Of a DNA stretch of 37,261 nucleotides, positions 34,841 to 37,261 are shown one piece after another; position 1 is the first letter of the stretch; each line of letters starts with the position of its first letter. The position numbers and the translations under genes are program-made. The notes beneath the pieces are model-generated. The model was given only the letters and a program-made list of their open reading frames with translations. It was not told the DNA's origin and made no database searches. Origin of the DNA: Candidatus Hodarchaeota archaeon. GTDB lineage: Archaea; Asgardarchaeota; Heimdallarchaeia; Hodarchaeales; Hodarchaeaceae. The stretch is from positions 1 through 37,261 of the forward strand of contig JAEOTQ010000063.1 in the NCBI GenBank assembly GCA_016839785.1, read 5' to 3'.

Positions 34841-36617
34841 TATGGCACAGGGGAAAGATCAACGAGATTTACTTCATCACGAGTACACAGATTTTGAACT
34901 TTTTAAGAGGTTACTCCGTTATACAATTCCCCATCGCAAAGTTTTTTCAATTGCTCTGGTTGGCATGCTGTTATCCACCCTCCTGACAATTGTTCAACCT
35001 TTATTATTGAAATCCGTTATTGATGATTATGTCCTCAAAAAGGATTTGGATGGATTGGGCTTCATTGCAATCATCTATTTCCTGGTGACCGTATTCTCAT
35101 TTTTATTGAATGTTATTACAAGTTATATTACCACAATTACAGGACTGAAAATAATAACTAAAATACGCGAAGAAGCGTTTTATCAACTCCAAGAGCTCAG
35201 TATGGATTATTATGACAAGGAAGCTACAGGACGAATAGTATCTAGAGTCACAAATGACGTAGAAAGATTACTAAATTTACTTTCAACAGGGATTATCGAT
35301 GCTGTGGTCAATATAATGTTCTTAGGGTTCTTATTTATTATATTGTTATCCCTAGATGTCACTTTAACTCTCACAGTCGTAGCTTTCTTCCCATTCTTAG
35401 CTGCTGCTATTGTCTATTTTCGAATTAAAACAAGATCAGCATGGCAACGGACGAGAAGAACGTTAGCAAAAGTAACTGGTTATTATCAAGAGGCAATTAG
35501 TGGAATAACTGTTACGAAAGCTCTATCTGCAGAGGAATTTGTTACCGATGAATTTAATATGCTAAATCTTGATAATTATCAAGCAAGAATAAGAGCTTTA
35601 ATGCTCTTCGCTATCATGTTTCCTCTCATGGACTTATTACTAGCACTTGGAACGGCCTTAGTACTATCTGTAGGAGGATATTCAGTAGGACAAGAGTTAA
35701 TCACTCCAGGAACTCTAGTCGCATTCCTTTCATATATCACACGATTATCAACGCCAATTATGGTGCTATCCAATTTTTACAATAGCTTATTGAGCTCCAT
35801 GGCTGCAATAGAACGGATATTCGACATTCTAGACAGTAAACCCCAGGTCGTGTCGAAAGGTAACAAATATCTCACTAATGTCCTAGGGAAATTAGAATTT
35901 GATGAAGTGACTTTTCGCTATACTCCTGAGACAAATCACGTTTTGAAAGATTTTTCGTTGTTAATTCCTCCCCAACAGACATATGCGGTAGTAGGTCACA
36001 CTGGAGCGGGTAAAACAACCTTAGTTAGTCTTTTATTACGTTTTTATGACTTTGAAAATGGAACAATTAAATTAGATGATGTTGATATCCGTGAATGTAA
36101 TCTAGAAAATTATAGAGAAAATATCGCTATCATCCCTCAAGATAGTTTCTTGTTCAGTGACAGCTTAAGGAATAATCTTCTTTACGGAAATCCTAACGCA
36201 TTAGATGATGAAATTGAAAAAGCTCTGTTGAAAGTAGGTGCATACGATTTCTCGATGAGTAAAGGTCTCGATTTTGAGGTGGGAGAACGAGGTTTACGAC
36301 TATCAATGGGTGAAAGACAATTAATCTGTTTTGCACGTGCGTTACTTGCAAATCCAAGAATTTTAATTTTGGACGAAGCGACCTCCTCGGTAGATGCGCA
36401 TACTGAGCTTGTAATCCAACAGAGTATGCATCACATACTTCAAAACCGAACTGCTCTAGTGATTGCACACAGATTAAGTACAATACGTTTTGTAGACAAG
36501 ATTGTAGTTTTGGATGGAGGAAAAATCGTGGAAATGGGTACTTTTCAAGAACTAATGGCTCTAGGGGGAATTTTTACCAATTTATACGAGAAGCAATTTG
36601 CTGGCCAGGATATTTGA
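34833..36617 (+). CDS. Heterodimeric ABC exporter subunit 2 (TMD+NBD)
   Basis: GRIVSRVTND, GHTGAGKTT, degenerate signature LSMGERQ, ILDEATSSVD, IAHRL; overlaps subunit 1 by 8 nt. Confidence 0.93.
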   Translation: MNNMAQGKDQRDLLHHEYTDFELFKRLLRYTIPHRKVFSIALVGMLLSTLLTIVQPLLLKSVIDDYVLKKDLDGLGFIAIIYFLVTVFSFLLNVITSYITTITGLKIITKIREEAFYQLQELSMDYYDKEATGRIVSRVTNDVERLLNLLSTGIIDAVVNIMFLGFLFIILLSLDVTLTLTVVAFFPFLAAAIVYFRIKTRSAWQRTRRTLAKVTGYYQEAISGITVTKALSAEEFVTDEFNMLNLDNYQARIRALMLFAIMFPLMDLLLALGTALVLSVGGYSVGQELITPGTLVAFLSYITRLSTPIMVLSNFYNSLLSSMAAIERIFDILDSKPQVVSKGNKYLTNVLGKLEFDEVTFRYTPETNHVLKDFSLLIPPQQTYAVVGHTGAGKTTLVSLLLRFYDFENGTIKLDDVDIRECNLENYRENIAIIPQDSFLFSDSLRNNLLYGNPNALDDEIEKALLKVGAYDFSMSKGLDFEVGERGLRLSMGERQLICFARALLANPRILILDEATSSVDAHTELVIQQSMHHILQNRTALVIAHRLSTIRFVDKIVVLDGGKIVEMGTFQELMALGGIFTNLYEKQFAGQDI

Positions 36618-36777
36618 AATTCATCAATTCAACGCTATTTACCTTTACATCACATTCATTTCCTGATACCCAGAAATTTCTAATATCGTAATAAAGATGA
36701 TACTAGTATACTTCAATTTGAATTAGAAAAGATATTAGAAGTATGTATACAAGAAGAATGTTAAGGACGCGATTTTA

Positions 36778-37261
36778 CTGAGAATAGGATTGTTTACTGA
36801 TACCTTTGTCCCAAATATCAATGGTGAAACAATTTCGATTATCAATGAAATATAAATTCTAAAGGAAGAAGGTCATGAAATTGTTCTTGTAACTCCAAAA
36901 CTGAATGAAACAACCCCCTACAAAATGAATGGAGTCCCAATTATAAAAATCAGGAGTTTTCCAATTCCCAATTATCCTGGTTACAATCTAGCTTTAGTAG
37001 ATTCAGCGTTCAATAAAATGATGAAGAAGTCTAAACTCGATATTATTCATTCCCATGGTCCATTTTCTGCAGGTTGGTTGGCATTGATTGCAACAGAATC
37101 ATTGAATAAATGCCCCCTTGTAAAAACATACCACACAGATCTAGTAAAATATTCTGGGCACCTTATTGGGGGATTCCAAGCAGAGAAATTCAGTAAGGGT
37201 TTTGCGGGAGCTGTTTGGTGGTTCATAAATCTCTACTATAACAGATCAGATGTTGTTGTAA
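36778..37261 (+). pseudogene. GT4-family glycosyltransferase, N-terminal part with in-frame TAA; truncated by the window edge
   Basis: Manual translation: (CTG)RIGLFTDTFVPNINGETISIINEI*ILKEEGHEIVLVTP...IRSFPIPNYPGY...DIIHSHGPFSAG...PLVKTYHTDL. TAA at 36853-36855; no in-frame ATG before the domain start. Confidence 0.75.

Noticed and set aside
1457-36483. Short antisense or alternate-frame ORFs from the track (e.g. 1457-1759, 3152-3460, 9831-10193, 11576-12040, 30009-30338, 36193-36483)
   Set aside because: They are shadows of well-supported genes and show no protein-like motifs.
36853-36855. Stop-codon recoding or alternative genetic code
   Set aside because: TAA terminates many intact genes in this window, and TAA is not used for Sec or Pyl.

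Overview
AT-rich, gene-dense archaeal chromosomal segment with about 30 CDS and no recognisable rRNA, tRNA, CRISPR array or mobile element. It combines archaeal-type enzymes (pantoate kinase/phosphopantothenate synthetase, isopentenyl-phosphate-kinase-like domain, short XPF, TET peptidases) with eukaryotic-signature-type proteins (Rab-like GTPase, longin and roadblock domains, PCI/UFL1-like winged-helix repeats). This points to an Asgard archaeon, possibly Heimdallarchaeia (inference). Main content: a five-gene CoA operon (coaBC-panE-pok-pps-panB), XPF next to a HEAT/tandem winged-helix protein, two M42 aminopeptidases, a Rab-like GTPase next to a longin-roadblock protein, an IPK-metallo-beta-lactamase fusion, an MFS-longin fusion, an Ncs6/TtuA-like enzyme, a split ComDE/Ppd-type decarboxylase, a heterodimeric ABC exporter and a GT4 gene with an in-frame stop running off the right edge. 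The best candidates for undescribed biology are the GTPase/longin/MFS-longin neighbourhood (about 12.2-18.8 kb), the IPK-MBL fusion and the HEAT-UFL1-like scaffold. All calls come from reading motifs by eye; no searches were run.
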